Part shown: positions 1 to 17,762 of the stretch, piece after piece
How positions within the stretch are numbered: position 1 is the stretch's first letter
Layout: the number at the start of each line of letters is the position of its first letter
Assembly (NCBI GenBank): GCA_009103225.1
Contig: RHPI01001819.1
Span: 170,013 to 234,012 of the forward strand
Direction of reading: 5' to 3'
Length of the DNA: 64,000 bases
Source of the DNA: Chlorokybus atmophyticus
Taxonomy: Eukaryota; Plantae; Mesostigma and Chlorokybus algae
Program-made: the position numbers and the translations under genes
The notes under the pieces: model-generated
What the model saw: only the letters and a program-made list of their open reading frames with translations
The model's database searches: none
What the model was told of the DNA's origin: nothing

Positions 1-90
1 AAGCTCTGCGCTTGTCTGTGCTTCTGCGTCTTGTGCATATGGGCATGTGCACATCAACATACACGTGACGGTGCACCTGCATGCACGCAG

Positions 91-2602
91 GGTGCGGTTG
101 CGGCAGTGGCAAAGTGCGGTCGGACACAAGAGGCACTGAGGCTTGTGGATGAGATGCGTGCGGCAGGTTACTTACCAACGGTGTTCACATACACGTCGCT
201 CATCGCCGCACATGCGCGCACGCGTAACCTCCGCGGCGCCTTTGAGTACTTCCGTGAGATGCAAGCAGCTGGCATCCGCGCCACCAATGTAACGTACACG
301 TCTCTGCTCGAAGCGTGTGGTCGCGCCGGACGCCTCGATGCTGCCTTCTCAGGTTGAGCCGGCCGGGTAAAATCTGTTGGTATGATTTCTGTTGTGGGTG
401 TGTTGTGTGCAGTTGTTGTAGGACTTATGCCTTTTGTCGGTGGCTTGTGCTCCAGTCATGGAGATGATGAGAAAGCAGCGCGAAGCGGATATTCGCACGG
501 CGTCGTCCTCCCTTACGAGGCTCGTGCACATACTTTGCCAAACAGGCAGGCCATCTCAGGTCAGGCATGCGATGTGTGCAGCGCTTGTGCGTGCGTCTGT
601 GTGTGTGTGTGCGTGCAGGTACGTGCATGTAGGGGTGCGTGCGTTCGTGATCTTACGATCAGACGATGAATGTCACGTCTACTACTTGCCCACATTATGA
701 CAGACGCACACATAGTTGTGGCCTGCCTCCCTTCAAAAAGTAGACAGGTGTCTAGTTCACCATCACCTGATTATGCTTTTTCTGTAATGCTTACAGGCTG
801 CTGCGGTGCTACAAACAATGGCTGAGGCAGGTGTCGAGCCCACCGCGCAGGCTTACCAAACCCTCGCACGGGCGTGTCCGGATGACGACGAGGACTTGCC
901 GAAACTGTTCACCCGTACCAACCATATTAGCCGGGGCCTCGAGTTGGCCAGAGCCGCGCAGACCGGCGACGCGCATGCTTTAGACATGGATGCAACTTCT
1001 TCCGATGGATGGCACGTGGGGGCGGAGCTGCTGGCGGATTTGCGTGAGAAGGTTGCTGTGGACGACGATGATGACGTGGAGGATGTTGTTGGCATCGCAA
1101 GCGGCGTGCGTGATAGGGATGATGTCGGGGTCAGTGATACCGCAGATAGAGTGGATGCGATCGAGTTGGCTCGCCTTATGCACTCGCAGAGAGAAGGCGC
1201 AGTGCAGGTAAGCTGTAATCTTTAGAGTTGGCTTGCGATTGTTGTGATGTTGTGTCAAACCATGTTGTTTGTGCAGACGACCAGGCCTTCAGAGGATGCT
1301 GATGCGGTGGACGAGCTGTCGGCGTTCATGTGCTCGCAGATCGGTTTAGGTTTGAGCGAAGCGCAGCAGCTCATCGCAGATTGCACGTCGAAGGGTACGT
1401 CGGTCCCGTCCCCCGCACTCATCAAGGCCCTGCACGCCCACCGCGTGGGCACCCGCACCAACGTCGCGCTGTACCGCATCGTCCTGAAGGCGTGCGCACG
1501 GGCTGGAGAGGTCGACAACGCGATGCAGTGGCTCGAGACGATGCAACGCGAGGGCGTCCTACCGGACCCGTCAGTGTTTGAGACGCTCATGACGCTCTGT
1601 GCGCAGTCAGCCAACCTGGACCTCGCCAAGCAGTTCGCCAAAGCTATCGCCACAGTAAGCATGTTGTGGTTGTCGCTGCTGCTGCTGTTGTTGTTAGTAC
1701 CACATAACACTAGACTTAGTACTGTGACGTGATGTCAACGTATCTGCACTGTGTACTATACTCTGTGGTTGTGTGCGTGTTCGCCCGCATCAAGCACTCG
1801 TGCATGCACAGGGACTATGCGGGCATACAGTGTGTATAGCACAACATGTGCTTGAGAGAGTGCAGTGGTAACCACGCTTGTTATGCAGGAGATTATTACG
1901 CCGACTCCCACCTACTTCACGCTGCTCAACATGTGCAGCAAGAACAACCGCATGGACCTGGCCGCGATCGTGCACCGGCAGATGCAGCAGGAGGGCGTGC
2001 GTCCGCTGACCACCGCGCACCACACCATACTGATAGAGTATCATGGTCGCTCACGCAACATGGAGGCCGCCGTAGCCGAGTTCGAAAACCTTCAGAGTCG
2101 CGTGCATCGGCCTCTTCCGCCTGCATTCAGCGTGCTCATCGACGCGTTCGGGTTCTGCCGAGACAAAGAGGGCGTGAGGTGGGCGTGGAAGCGGATATCA
2201 CAGATCGGGGCCGTGCCCAACCTCAACAACCACGTGTCGTACATGGAGGCTTTGTGTCGATGCGGTCTCATCGATGAGGCACTCGTGCATTTTGACGCGC
2301 TCGAGCACTTGGGCGTGAGGCCTGACGCTAAAGTGTACGGCACGCTCATTGGCTTCTGTCTCCTCAATGACATGGCGCCCACTGGCGTGGAGTTGTGGCA
2401 TCATTGTCGTAGGCTTGATGTTGAGCTCACGGGACTGCTGCTTGACAAAGCCATCTGCCTCGCACATGCGTTGAAAGATGTCTCGCTTGCACGCGAAGTG
2501 CGTGAGGAGATGCGCAACTTTGGCTTGACGCTAAGAGACATGCCGTGTTTGCGGGTGAGGTCGATCTCTGCGTTCATGGAGCAAGCCTCTCAGTTATGTT
2601 GA
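91..2602 (+). CDS. Pentatricopeptide-repeat (PPR) protein, 3' five exons (91-352, 456-559, 797-1207, 1277-1654, 1889-2602); 5' end lies upstream of the window
   Basis: Repeated PPR motifs (ALRLVDEMRAAGYLPTVFTYTSLI, EMQAAGIRATNVTYTSLLEAC, TMQREGVLPDPSVFETLM, LGVRPDAKVYGTLI). All four introns are GT..AG with matching phases (1,0,0,0). Confidence 0.92.
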
Positions 2603-3810
2603 GGATAGGGAGTCTGGCACACATTGTGCAGATGTAGATGTGGTAGGTTGCGTTGCTTGCCATGTATATGATACTGATGTCGTGGCATATGCTCTCAAGC
2701 TGGGCTTAGTGCTCATGCATGCAATGTTTGTTGCGATGCAGTTATGGTCACGAGTTTACATCAATGGTCATGTTCAACCTCTAGTACCTTTGTACTAGTA
2801 GAGAGGTACCTCAGCATGAGGACTATGCGGAAGGCGGGGGGGGAGGGGAGGAGGGGTCGCGCACATTCTTTTCACCAGGTCGCTACAGCACAACCTATCG
2901 CAGGACTACCTGCCTTGGCCTTAGCTGCCTGTCCTTGCTATTGCTTCTGCTATTGCCTTTGCGGACACAACGGGGAGGAATAGTAGGTGGTGAGTTAGGT
3001 AGAGTAGCCCGGTAGTGAACTATGTGATAGTGTTACTTGTTGGTGGTATAATTGTGGGACGATGGTGATTGTCACTATGCATGAGTATGTTCCTCGCGCA
3101 TTGTATGTACAGGTAATCAGCTGTCAATGTGCTACATGCTGGTTGGGTAGTTACTCATCAAGTATTGCCCAACTTTACCCCACTTCCCACTTGCATGCAC
3201 TTTGCTAAAGAACATAGCTGTAGCTTTGCCCCGGCCTTCATTGCATGGATTTGTGATGTGCTGTTGATGTCATGTGAGGTTGTGTGATTTAACTTTCTGT
3301 ATTACCCTGTGCCATACACAAGAATCACAGGGTTATGAATGCCGCACTATGCTAGCAATATGACAGAAAACGCGTGTACTTTGCTACATGTCTGAAGTGC
3401 ATTGACTTTGTATACTTGTGCAAATTGTTGATGTGCTACTCAACGAAACAATTTCTTATCGTGTAGTTGGCATTATGGGATGGATGGTATTTATCATGTG
3501 CGCATACTATTCCTCAATGCATCACATGTAGCATGGTGATCGAGTTAAGGGGCAGAATGCATTCAACTAATCATTTCCTGATCGGCACAAGCGGCTATAA
3601 GTCACTTGGACACAAGTGCCTTTGCATGAGCAGTCAGCGAGTTAGGCATGTCATGCGGGCAGCATCGTAGGACATTGCATCAGCAAATCAAGCAGGTCCA
3701 GTCTGTACACCAGTTGAACACAGATAATGATCATTGCTAAAGCATGCATAACCTGACTCTGCATGTGCTGGCACATCACCACATGTATTGCAAAGCCATC
3801 CAGTGGCTGC

Positions 3811-6424
<2,614 letters not shown>

Positions 6425-6679
6425 ACTTCCCTCCCTTCAGCATGCAAGCAAGCAAGCAGGACACTGGCAAGCCCACATGCTCTGGCCCAGCCTCCCTGCA
6501 ACCTTATATAGCCTAAGCGGCGAGAGCGCCACGCGTGAGCAGCTGCTGCTGCCTGCCCACGCGTGTGTCGCTACAGTGAACTGTTGTTTTTGTTTCCTAC
6601 GCTGCTCCATCTCTCGTCCGACAGCAAAACGACCAGTGGTGAGAACGAACTACGAACTCACTAGTCGGCAAGCACATTA

Positions 6680-6950
6680 GGCCGGTAAGAATTTGCTTGT
6701 TGGTTCTGCGTCGGCCGACCGACCCAAACATGGGCCGAAAAACGTCGAAAATACTAATAGCATTGCTATATCTCAGCCATCGACCGACCCTTGCTGCCGG
6801 CCTCGGTCCGCTGTGGTCACACGCCGACCTACGAGAAAGCCAGTCTGCACATTACCAAGACTGTTGTGCGTCGGCAAATGACAACGACCGACCGACCGAT
6901 CGGTCAATATGACCGCCCGACGCAGAACCAACCATTAAATCACACCGGCC
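6680..6950. mobile_element. MITE (~270 bp) in the spacer between the divergent genes
   Basis: Terminal inverted repeat ATTAGGCCGGT (6676-6686) / ACCGGCCTAAT (6944-6954), TA or TWA flanks, many internal CGACC repeats. Confidence 0.6.
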
Positions 6951-7429
6951 TAATAGGGCCGCAGTTAGTGCACCTGACGGTCTGTGTGTCTCTCCAACGC
7001 CAGAGCGTCGCTTGCTTGGGCCGAGAGCGCCCCCTCGCGTATTTCAATCATCGCATTGCACACGCCAGGTACACCTGCTTGCGACTTGTCTCCTCTTGTG
7101 GACGAGTGTGAGGCAGAGTAGTAGGCTAATCCTATGTAGGGTAAATGTGCCCCCTTAACTTGGGAACCGCCCCTGTGGGGATGGGGATATTTTGAGGACT
7201 TGTCGCGACATCTGCGGCTCCAGTGCTCACAGCATGATAGCCTAGTGGTGTTTGCTAAGTTGCTTCGCTGTCGTTTCTCGTCTGATGAGGCAAGGGACGG
7301 CTTAGGAAACAAACGCAACATGACAAGAACACACGCAAGACTGAAGCGAGCCGCGTAGGCAGGCAGCTACGCTCACGCGTGGGCTCTCGTAGGCTGTAGG
7401 GTAGTAGGGGAGGCTGTGTGTCCGTGTTG

Positions 7430-9810
<2,381 letters not shown>

Positions 9811-10599
9811 CCATAGTCTAAGGCAGGCTCTGGACGCTTCATATGCTTGTCTTTATATAGTAGAAACTGGATAGATACCACGATCTGCGAAGGCGATTGT
9901 GTCCAGGCGAACCTATAGCTGTTGGTGCTAATCAACAATTAATTGTTTAGTTTCAGTGTCTCCAATGATATGTATAAACATACATACCTAATGCATTAAG
10001 GAGTAAAGCAAGCACCCATGATGTATACCATCCATTGCATGATCTCAACAATTACGTGATAAGATATTGAGCAACGCATATTTATTACCCATTCATGTAT
10101 ATAAGCTCAATGCAAGCTCATTTTTTCAATGCAAAGCTACACTATGTTCTTCAGCCAAGTGCATGCAAGTGACATGCGGGGCGGAGTTGGGCAGTGCAGG
10201 TAGGCTTGGAAAGTACCTAACAACAACATAGCACAATGACCCTGGTTTTTGTGTCTGCAAAGCGAATAGAAGCAATAGCAAGGATAGGCAGCCAAGGCCA
10301 AGGCCGGGGGGTAGTCCTGTGATGTGTTGTGCTATAAGCAATCTATTGAAAAAATTGTGGCACACCTTCCCCAAGCATCCTTGTTCAGGAGTGTCGGGCC
10401 ATATCCCGTCGTTGCTTGAGGATGCCGTTCATGAGCTTGTCATGGCCTCATAATCCTGCACCTTCTCCATGTCCACATGTCATAGCTTCCATACATGTAT
10501 GCTACTGGTAGCTCAGGATGCTCCCGAAGCTGCCCGTTTGTGCACATACTCATACACATAATACAACACTCACAAGCGCGCCTCTACCGCTCCTCCTCT

Positions 10600-12850
10600 G
10601 TCTTGAGATGCCACGGACATGGCGCCCAATCCTTCGACTGCAACCTTATGCTCTCGCGCCAAGTAACACCATTTGCGCACATGTATCCATGATCACGTGC
10701 TCTGGGGTGTACACGTTCAGTTGCAAATGACCATGATCTTGTCCACCGTTGCCGCCATTGCGGACATTGTTGGCAACAACATGAAACCTCGCATCCAGTC
10801 TCAACGCTGCCGACAAGTGCAGCTGCACCGGCGCTTCCATCACCTCCGTGTGCATGCCGTTTGCTACCTTCACAATGGGTACATCCACCTTCAGCGCTTG
10901 CTCACCAGCCGCCACTGCATGGAGCTTCTCTGCTTCACGTATGACTGCCCCAAACTCCTCCTCACTCCTCTTTACATCTGCCTCAGAATCGAAAGTGACT
11001 TGCGTAGCTGCGCGCGCTGTTGCAGGCTTCAATATTTGCGCCAACACGCACTCCGATCGCTCCAAAGTGCAGCCAACATCCTTCAGCGTCAATATGGGCT
11101 GGTGGAGAAGCGTTTCCGCCAGCTTATGAACTTCACTTGCATCCGCGTGCGCCGCCGTTGTCACCTTCATGTTGTGCGCATGTAGGGCTGACTTGCGCAC
11201 TGGCCGTCTCCAACATAAATGCCAAACCTTTACGGACTGCATCTTCCTCTCATTCACATGGTTCTTCACATCAATGCGCATGTTGTCATGCTGATCCATC
11301 CTCATGAACGTTCTCACCAAAGGCAATGTCAACGCCGTCGACGCCAACCCCTCTATGGCTGGCGCATGCGCATGGCCTCCCGCCGTCGCCGTCACATGTG
11401 CAAATGTCGCGCGTGGACGTGCACCGGCTAGTGTACATGCTTCCTCATGACGCTCGACAACTTTACACACCTCCAGGCTGCAACGCGGACCCCTTTGCCT
11501 TGCATGTCGGGTGATACCGCCGCCGTAGGTGCTAAAGCAGAGCGCGCAGTCCCCGTAGCTGCCGTAGCCGTCATCGGGCTGCACAACGCCGCACTATACG
11601 CCAAGTATACGTATGCACCTCCATCCTCATCCTATTGGGCACCCTTTGCTTGGCTTCCAGCTGCGTGGAGAGCCCCGCCAGTGCCGCCTTCAACTCTGCT
11701 ACCTCGGCAACGTGTGCGGACACCTCCCTTGCACGCGCCAGCTCTTTGTGGCTTTGTGATCTTCCCAGCGGAGCTGAATGTGCTGCCATGGACATCACCT
11801 TGCCGCTCAGCACGTCCGCGTGCAAGTGCGGATGCTTGCTCCAATACGCATTGTCATCATGGCCCGCCTTCCTACAACACGAACACACAAGACCTTGCCT
11901 TGTTGCACACTACTTGGAGCTATGTGTCCAGCCTCTCCAACACACTCCCATATGCTGCTCCTCATGCCGTGCACTCATGGGAACACCGTTTGCAACCATC
12001 ATACTCCTCACAGGGGCTGATTTAGTGACTGTAGGTTGCCCTCCATCGCGCCGACTAGCATTGGTGCGCTTGGTAGCTCCCAATAGCTACATCGCCATGC
12101 CTTCCACTATTGAACCAATGCTCTTATTATACTCTTGCTGCCATTTGGCGTTTTCGGTTGCAACGAAGACATCACGAAGCATGTAACCCGCGCCTTGACG
12201 TGCTCCTCTCAACACGGTTTATACCGCCTCCATCATGCCATCCTTCAACGCACGCAACTACAACACCGCGGCCATCTCATCCGACACAACTTTATGCTCT
12301 GTGTCCTCCAACAACTTCACCATCCTCGTTTGCATCATGCGTGGGGTCTGATCATCCTCGCTTGAAGTACAGCAGCTTTATCAACTCCCCATGCGTTAAT
12401 CGCGGATATGTTGATGTCAACACCACCATGAACTCTTTCACAGGATGCACCTTCTCCCACTTCTCCAACTCAATCCATGATAAGCTCTACACCCCTCTTC
12501 TCGTGCCTTCAATTTCCTCTTTGCCAAATTCAGTGAACTCAATTCAGTGAACTCCCTCCGCGTGCCCAAAGCTTCATCCTCTAAAAGCTCGGGCATAATC
12601 TTAAATGCTTTGTGCTCATTCCATGACTATCACGTGCCAACTAGCTGATCCTACGACACTCGAACCGTCGTTGATGTCACTAGCTGGCTCGTCCTCGAGA
12701 TCTCTTTTGCTCGGCAGAGTAGGCACCTCCTTCCCAAGCAATGCTCCTCTCTTCTCCAAGGGGACTTCAAGCTCCTTCAGACCAGCTCCTGACCTTGTTT
12801 CCACGTGCATCTCACGTCCTCCACAAATACCCCCACACCCTTATTCAATG
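10600..12850 (-). mobile_element. Decayed Ty3/gypsy gag(-protease) remnant
   Basis: Minus strand 12500-12100 (1 frameshift, 2 stops) reads FMVVLTSTYPRLTHGELIKLLYFK-EDDQTPRMMQTRMVKLLEDTEHKVVSDEMAAVL, which aligns by eye with the gag at ~39900 (LYAALRRTFPPQTTSKVEELRRFRCKPNEDPLRLYSRLEGLLKDTDYKIVSEEAAAVI). 10640-11000 has a retropepsin-like VKVANG...FHVV...VLLG. Confidence 0.65.
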
Positions 12851-14263
12851 AGTTGAGCGCAAGTAACAAGCGCGTGTCTTAGCCAACCTAGACTCAAGCA
12901 CGGGCTTCTAAACTTGCAATCGGCATGTGATGCACGGGGAGATGAGACCAAGTCCGTTCACAAGGTGTAGCACACGCTCATACACTTTACACAAGCACAT
13001 TCAAGCATGTGCACACTTAAGGCAAGGAAATAACCAAGCCCACGGCCAACCAAGCCTTGAAGCCTCTCCAAGTAGCTATGTACTCTCAAAGCATCAAGAG
13101 ATTTGCTCTCAACTGGTGCAATATAAGCCTTGTGTGAGTCAAGTACACTTACATACCCTCCCTACCAAGTATTCACTACCGTGTTAACCACTTTAGCCAT
13201 AACTACCATACAACTCTCAAATCATGTTGTAAGTTAACATGGCACCGACCATCTCGGTCAGCCTAGCGCTGGGCTGACCGAGATGGTGAGCTCCACATTT
13301 GATTACAACAAAAGGCTGAAACCCTCGAGGTCGTGAGTTTAAATTTCAGCCGTGGCAGGTTTCGGCGGCGGTGAAGCCAGCTGATGGGGACCGGATCAAT
13401 TTTGGCAGAAAGCGCGAGGCTACCACGCGTTGATTACGCCCCGATAGGGGGCCTCCAAGTAGCGCGGGGGAGGTATAAAATGGGCCTCAGTAACTCAGCC
13501 TTCTTTTGTAACTTGATTAATTTATTAATAATCATAACGTGGCGCCGACCATCTTACTCCGTCGTTAGGCTGACCAAAATGGTCAGCCTAACGACATTCA
13601 GCGTCACGTTAGATTGCAACAAATTGATCACACGTGAGTCCTATTGGCGCAATTGAGTTACATATCGATGTGCTGACTATAACTGAGTCCCAACTCATGA
13701 AGTATGACTTTAAAAGCCTTTATAACTGACTCTGTCATAACGCATTACATGCGTTGCGCCACTGACACGCATGGTACAAGCTTCTTGAGTGACTACTCTT
13801 GGGCAATTTAAGGTATCACCAAGTTTGTTTTCCCCTCAATTTCCTCTTCGTCTCCACACCCTGTGGCACCACCACCACCCTCGCACTTGGACCTTGCATT
13901 GCTGCCCTGCAGCTCTACATGCTCCCACAGTTGTGCGCGGTGAAACTCACTCCCACTGCGAGTTACATCCTGCGGAGCCTTCCTTGCACAATATTGTGCA
14001 CAATGCTATATTTCAAGCAGTTACTTGAAGTTTGCCGGCAACGTAATTCGCTCTGCACCGCATCCCAATTGAACTTGAACAAGTTAAGCAAAGAAGGTGT
14101 GAGCTAAGTGCAAGTGTTTCGGAGGTTGTGCACATTCAAGTCCGACTTCTTAACAGCTACAGGGTCATTGACCAAACGCATGCGTGCTGGGTCATACCAT
14201 CAGCGACAGTTGCTCAAGCGATTACAAGCGTGTATGTTACTAAAGGTGAACCATGGTAAGTCC
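11533..14263 (+). repeat. 2731-bp block, copy A (repeated at 17763-20493)
   Basis: Constant offset of 6230; the predicted ORFs of the two copies are identical and no differences were spotted. Confidence 0.95.
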
Positions 14264-14899
14264 GCATGTTTGTGTATCATGTAGCATCACCATAATCCGT
14301 GCAGCAAGAACTTGAGGGGAGCGTGCAAACGCCCTCATGTAGATGTTTTCATAAACACCTTATGCATGCGGAAATTCAACATGCTTGGTGCATACCGCCA
14401 CTGATGGAGTGCTACTGACCCACTCCAATTCACTCACTAACTATGCCTTGTGTTGTGAATTGTGTGCGAGAGCTTGAACCTTAGAATGTAAGTTCCATGT
14501 TCATAAAACGCTCCACTGCCAGTAGCACGTCACTCATGTTTAAGACATTGCTAACCATGGCACTGTCCACAGGTTCGGAGCTGCCATTCTTGTGTATTGG
14601 TGGTAATGCTGTGGGCCTAATGCACTGCTTTCTACATTGTTTTCGTGTCATGCTCGTTGATCCTGCACGGTAACTCTCACTTGGTTCCTCGTGCCACTGC
14701 AGCTCTGCCCTACACTACTCGTGCATAACTATGGTGTGCTTGTGATGTGTTTGCTTGTTTGTCTTGCTACTGTATTTTGTCCGGCTAGGCAGGGTCGAGT
14801 GCTGACACGCCTTGAGGAACATGATTATAGATGTGTAGACCCTGATGTGTATGCTCATAAAGCAGATGTACATTTACACACGAATGTGTATATATATAC

Positions 14900-14955
14900 A
14901 CGGCTAAGTGTTGTGCATTAAAACAAACAAAGTCCCCCCCCCCCTCCCCCCCCTT
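14900..14955 (-). other. Possible polypurine tract of a decayed LTR element
   Basis: G-rich run on the minus strand downstream of degenerate coding-like sequence. Confidence 0.3.
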
Positions 14956-16207
14956 GTCGCGGACGTTGTGGGTGCGAGGGCTTGTCACTCGTATCGAGTC
15001 GTGTTGCAGCAGATGCAAACAACCGTAGAGCAAGTCCACAAGCCATCTGTCGATGCTGTGACCACAATTTATTGCACGAGGTCAATGATGGCGTTCTCTA
15101 CTGTTGAGTAAGGCGGATGAGCGTAGCAACGACACAGATACCACACTCTGAATGCGACTAACACACCATCCACATGGGTGTAACCAAGTCCACCCTCATG
15201 GCACAACAGTACCGTGTAAGGTGCGGTACTCGCTCCCACAATGGTGAAGGTTTCTTAGCAACTAGGACAGCTTGCTGTGTACAGTCGTACTCCTTTCGCA
15301 GCTTGCCGGGCGTACACAACAACAATTCATACCAAGTCCACGCATCGCAAACTCACCCAAGTCTCACATACCACATCGGAACGCAAGTCTTAACTCGGGA
15401 TTTCTTACTCGCAGTATCACCAAGTGTACAAGTGTCGGCTACTGCTACTTATACCACTGTGGCGGCACATGAGTTGATGCACATAGTAAATGACACAGTC
15501 CTAGCTATGGACTAGCTGTTCTACTGGTCCATACTATGCTCCAACGGATAGTCGCAAATGCCGCCAAAGGAAGGCGCGGTTGAACTCATAGCGGAGGAGC
15601 GATCGCGAGGGACCTACGGTGTGCAGTGGCCGGGAGTAGCGCTCGCGGGGACCCTTGGCCGGGAATTGCCAACGGGTCAGCTACGAGTCGATGCCTATGA
15701 CAACTGTCTGATAGTGGTTTGGCGTGAACCACTGATTGATGCTGATAATGCGGGGGTGGGACATGGCTATGGGAATGTTCGAGGAGAAGGAGCCCTCCTG
15801 GACGGTTAGCATGACAATTTGCGTATGTACTATGTTCATCAACGATTATGGGCACAATTGGAACCGGGAGCAATGTGATGGTAAGTACAAGGGGCTATAG
15901 GCTCGCTTGGACACAAGTGTCTTAGCAGTCTAGCGGTTTGGCATGTGCAGGTCAGTGAGGACCCCGTATGTTGTGCATATTGAAGTGTTGTGTATATTAA
16001 GGGTTTGCATGTACAGAAGTAACAGTGTCACGTTGCGATGTATGGTGTTGCAAGGAAAGGGGTACAAGATGAAGCAAGAGTTGTACCAATGGACCACATC
16101 AGTATTCATCCTGTTCTTGCAGTACATCACATGAATCTGTGCTTTATTGCAAGTCAGCACGCGCATACTACTCATAGACATGGATATAAAAGGCAACCAG
16201 GGCTACC

Positions 16208-17572
16208 TTAGTTCTGCATATTGCTGTAAACAGCACTCTGCACCGAGGACACGGTGGCTAGCAGGCGGCGCTGCGTGTTCACATTGCTTGTGCGGTGCTT
16301 GAACATCTCCATGTCAAACAGTCCTTGAACCTCTGCAGGAACAAGTGAGTTACTTATCCCTGACTGTACACGCCAGCTAAACAATCACATGCAAGATGTA
16401 ACTCCCTCACCGTATGTATCTGCCATCTTGCGCAGAGTCTGCTCAAACTGCTTGCGAGTTGTGGTCATAACTTGAGACGCTTGAGGCACGGTTTGCCCTG
16501 CAAGAGAAACACAGAGTGAGTGAAGCAATAGTACAGACACACAATATGCATCAGCGCGAGGATCGTGTGCGTGTGGGTGGGTGTGTCCCCACTTACCAAG
16601 AATGCCAGTTGCTGACTTGGAAAGGCTAGGCAGTGACACGCAGAACGAAGGGTAAGTATGTGCAAGTTGGTGACAGCTCCAAGCTTGATACGTTATAGAC
16701 TAATCAGGAGCTGCACCTGATGGACTTGAAGGCAAAGTCGAGGAAGTACTCGTCGAAGGTGATGATGAGCTCAACGTCCATGCTTGGTGCAGACAAAGTC
16801 AACTCCTGCAGCAATCATCAGAGTCTATAGCCTTCACGAACGAAGCACAACATGTGCACAACTTGAAGCTTCACCTGACCACAAACTTCAAACCTCGCAA
16901 CCTTACCGTGCCAACAAGTTCTGCTGTGATACCATTGCCAGCAGGTAGACTGACATGTGTATCATCATCACTCTCATCCTTTGACTTCACGGAGGATGGC
17001 AATGTGAGCACAGGTGTCCCGTTCTCATGAAACAGCCCACCGTCGGGGCCGAAGGCTGCGATGGCGCCGGGCAGCTTGCCACGGTGCTGAGCCACAAGAA
17101 ATGTGCTGTTGTTTTTGGAAGCATCCAAGCTTGGTAGCATGATGCCGATGTCGCTGATGTACGTGCTGTGTGGGAACTTTCCCGTGAGCGGCGGCTCGGA
17201 GAAGTGTGCAGTCAGCCAGAAGGATGAAGCAGGATCATATACCATGACATAGGTACGGCCACTCTTTGTTGGAGTCGCACCTGCACCCTGTTCAGTATTG
17301 CGTGTATCAACACATATGATGCAGGTGGTGATGACCATGACGATGCATCGTTGACATGCCATGTCAACAAGTGTGCGCGCGCGCACACACGCGCATGTGC
17401 GTGCGTGCGTGCGCATGTGTGTGCCTATCAGTGTTATGTACTGAGTTGTTTCACACCTGAAAGTCGAAGCCTCTGCCGTCAAAGCCAACAAAGTGAGGAT
17501 CGCATGAAGCTGACGCCAACAAGTTCTTGTTCTTCCTGCGGGCGCCGCAGTCGCACGGATGCGCAGCTACGT
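16208..17572 (-). CDS. VWD/Root_cap-like gene copy 3; exons 3-8 intact, exons 1-2 absent from the assembly
   Basis: DYVAAHPCDCG...CDPHFVGFDGRGFDFQ|GAGATPTKSGRTYVMVYD...GILGQT...VYSNMQN*, with the same splice sites and no lesions. Confidence 0.75.
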
Positions 17573-17711
17573 AATCTGTCCACAAACAGGCATGTGAGTT
17601 GATGTTGCTGACCTTGTGACACAGAAAGCAACACAGACATACAGGCGCAACAGCCCCTGCGCACACTTTCTTTGCCAAAACGCATCCGTCGATGCAAAGG
17701 CACGCACACAT

Positions 17712-17758
<47 letters not shown>

Positions 17759-17762
17759 TAGA

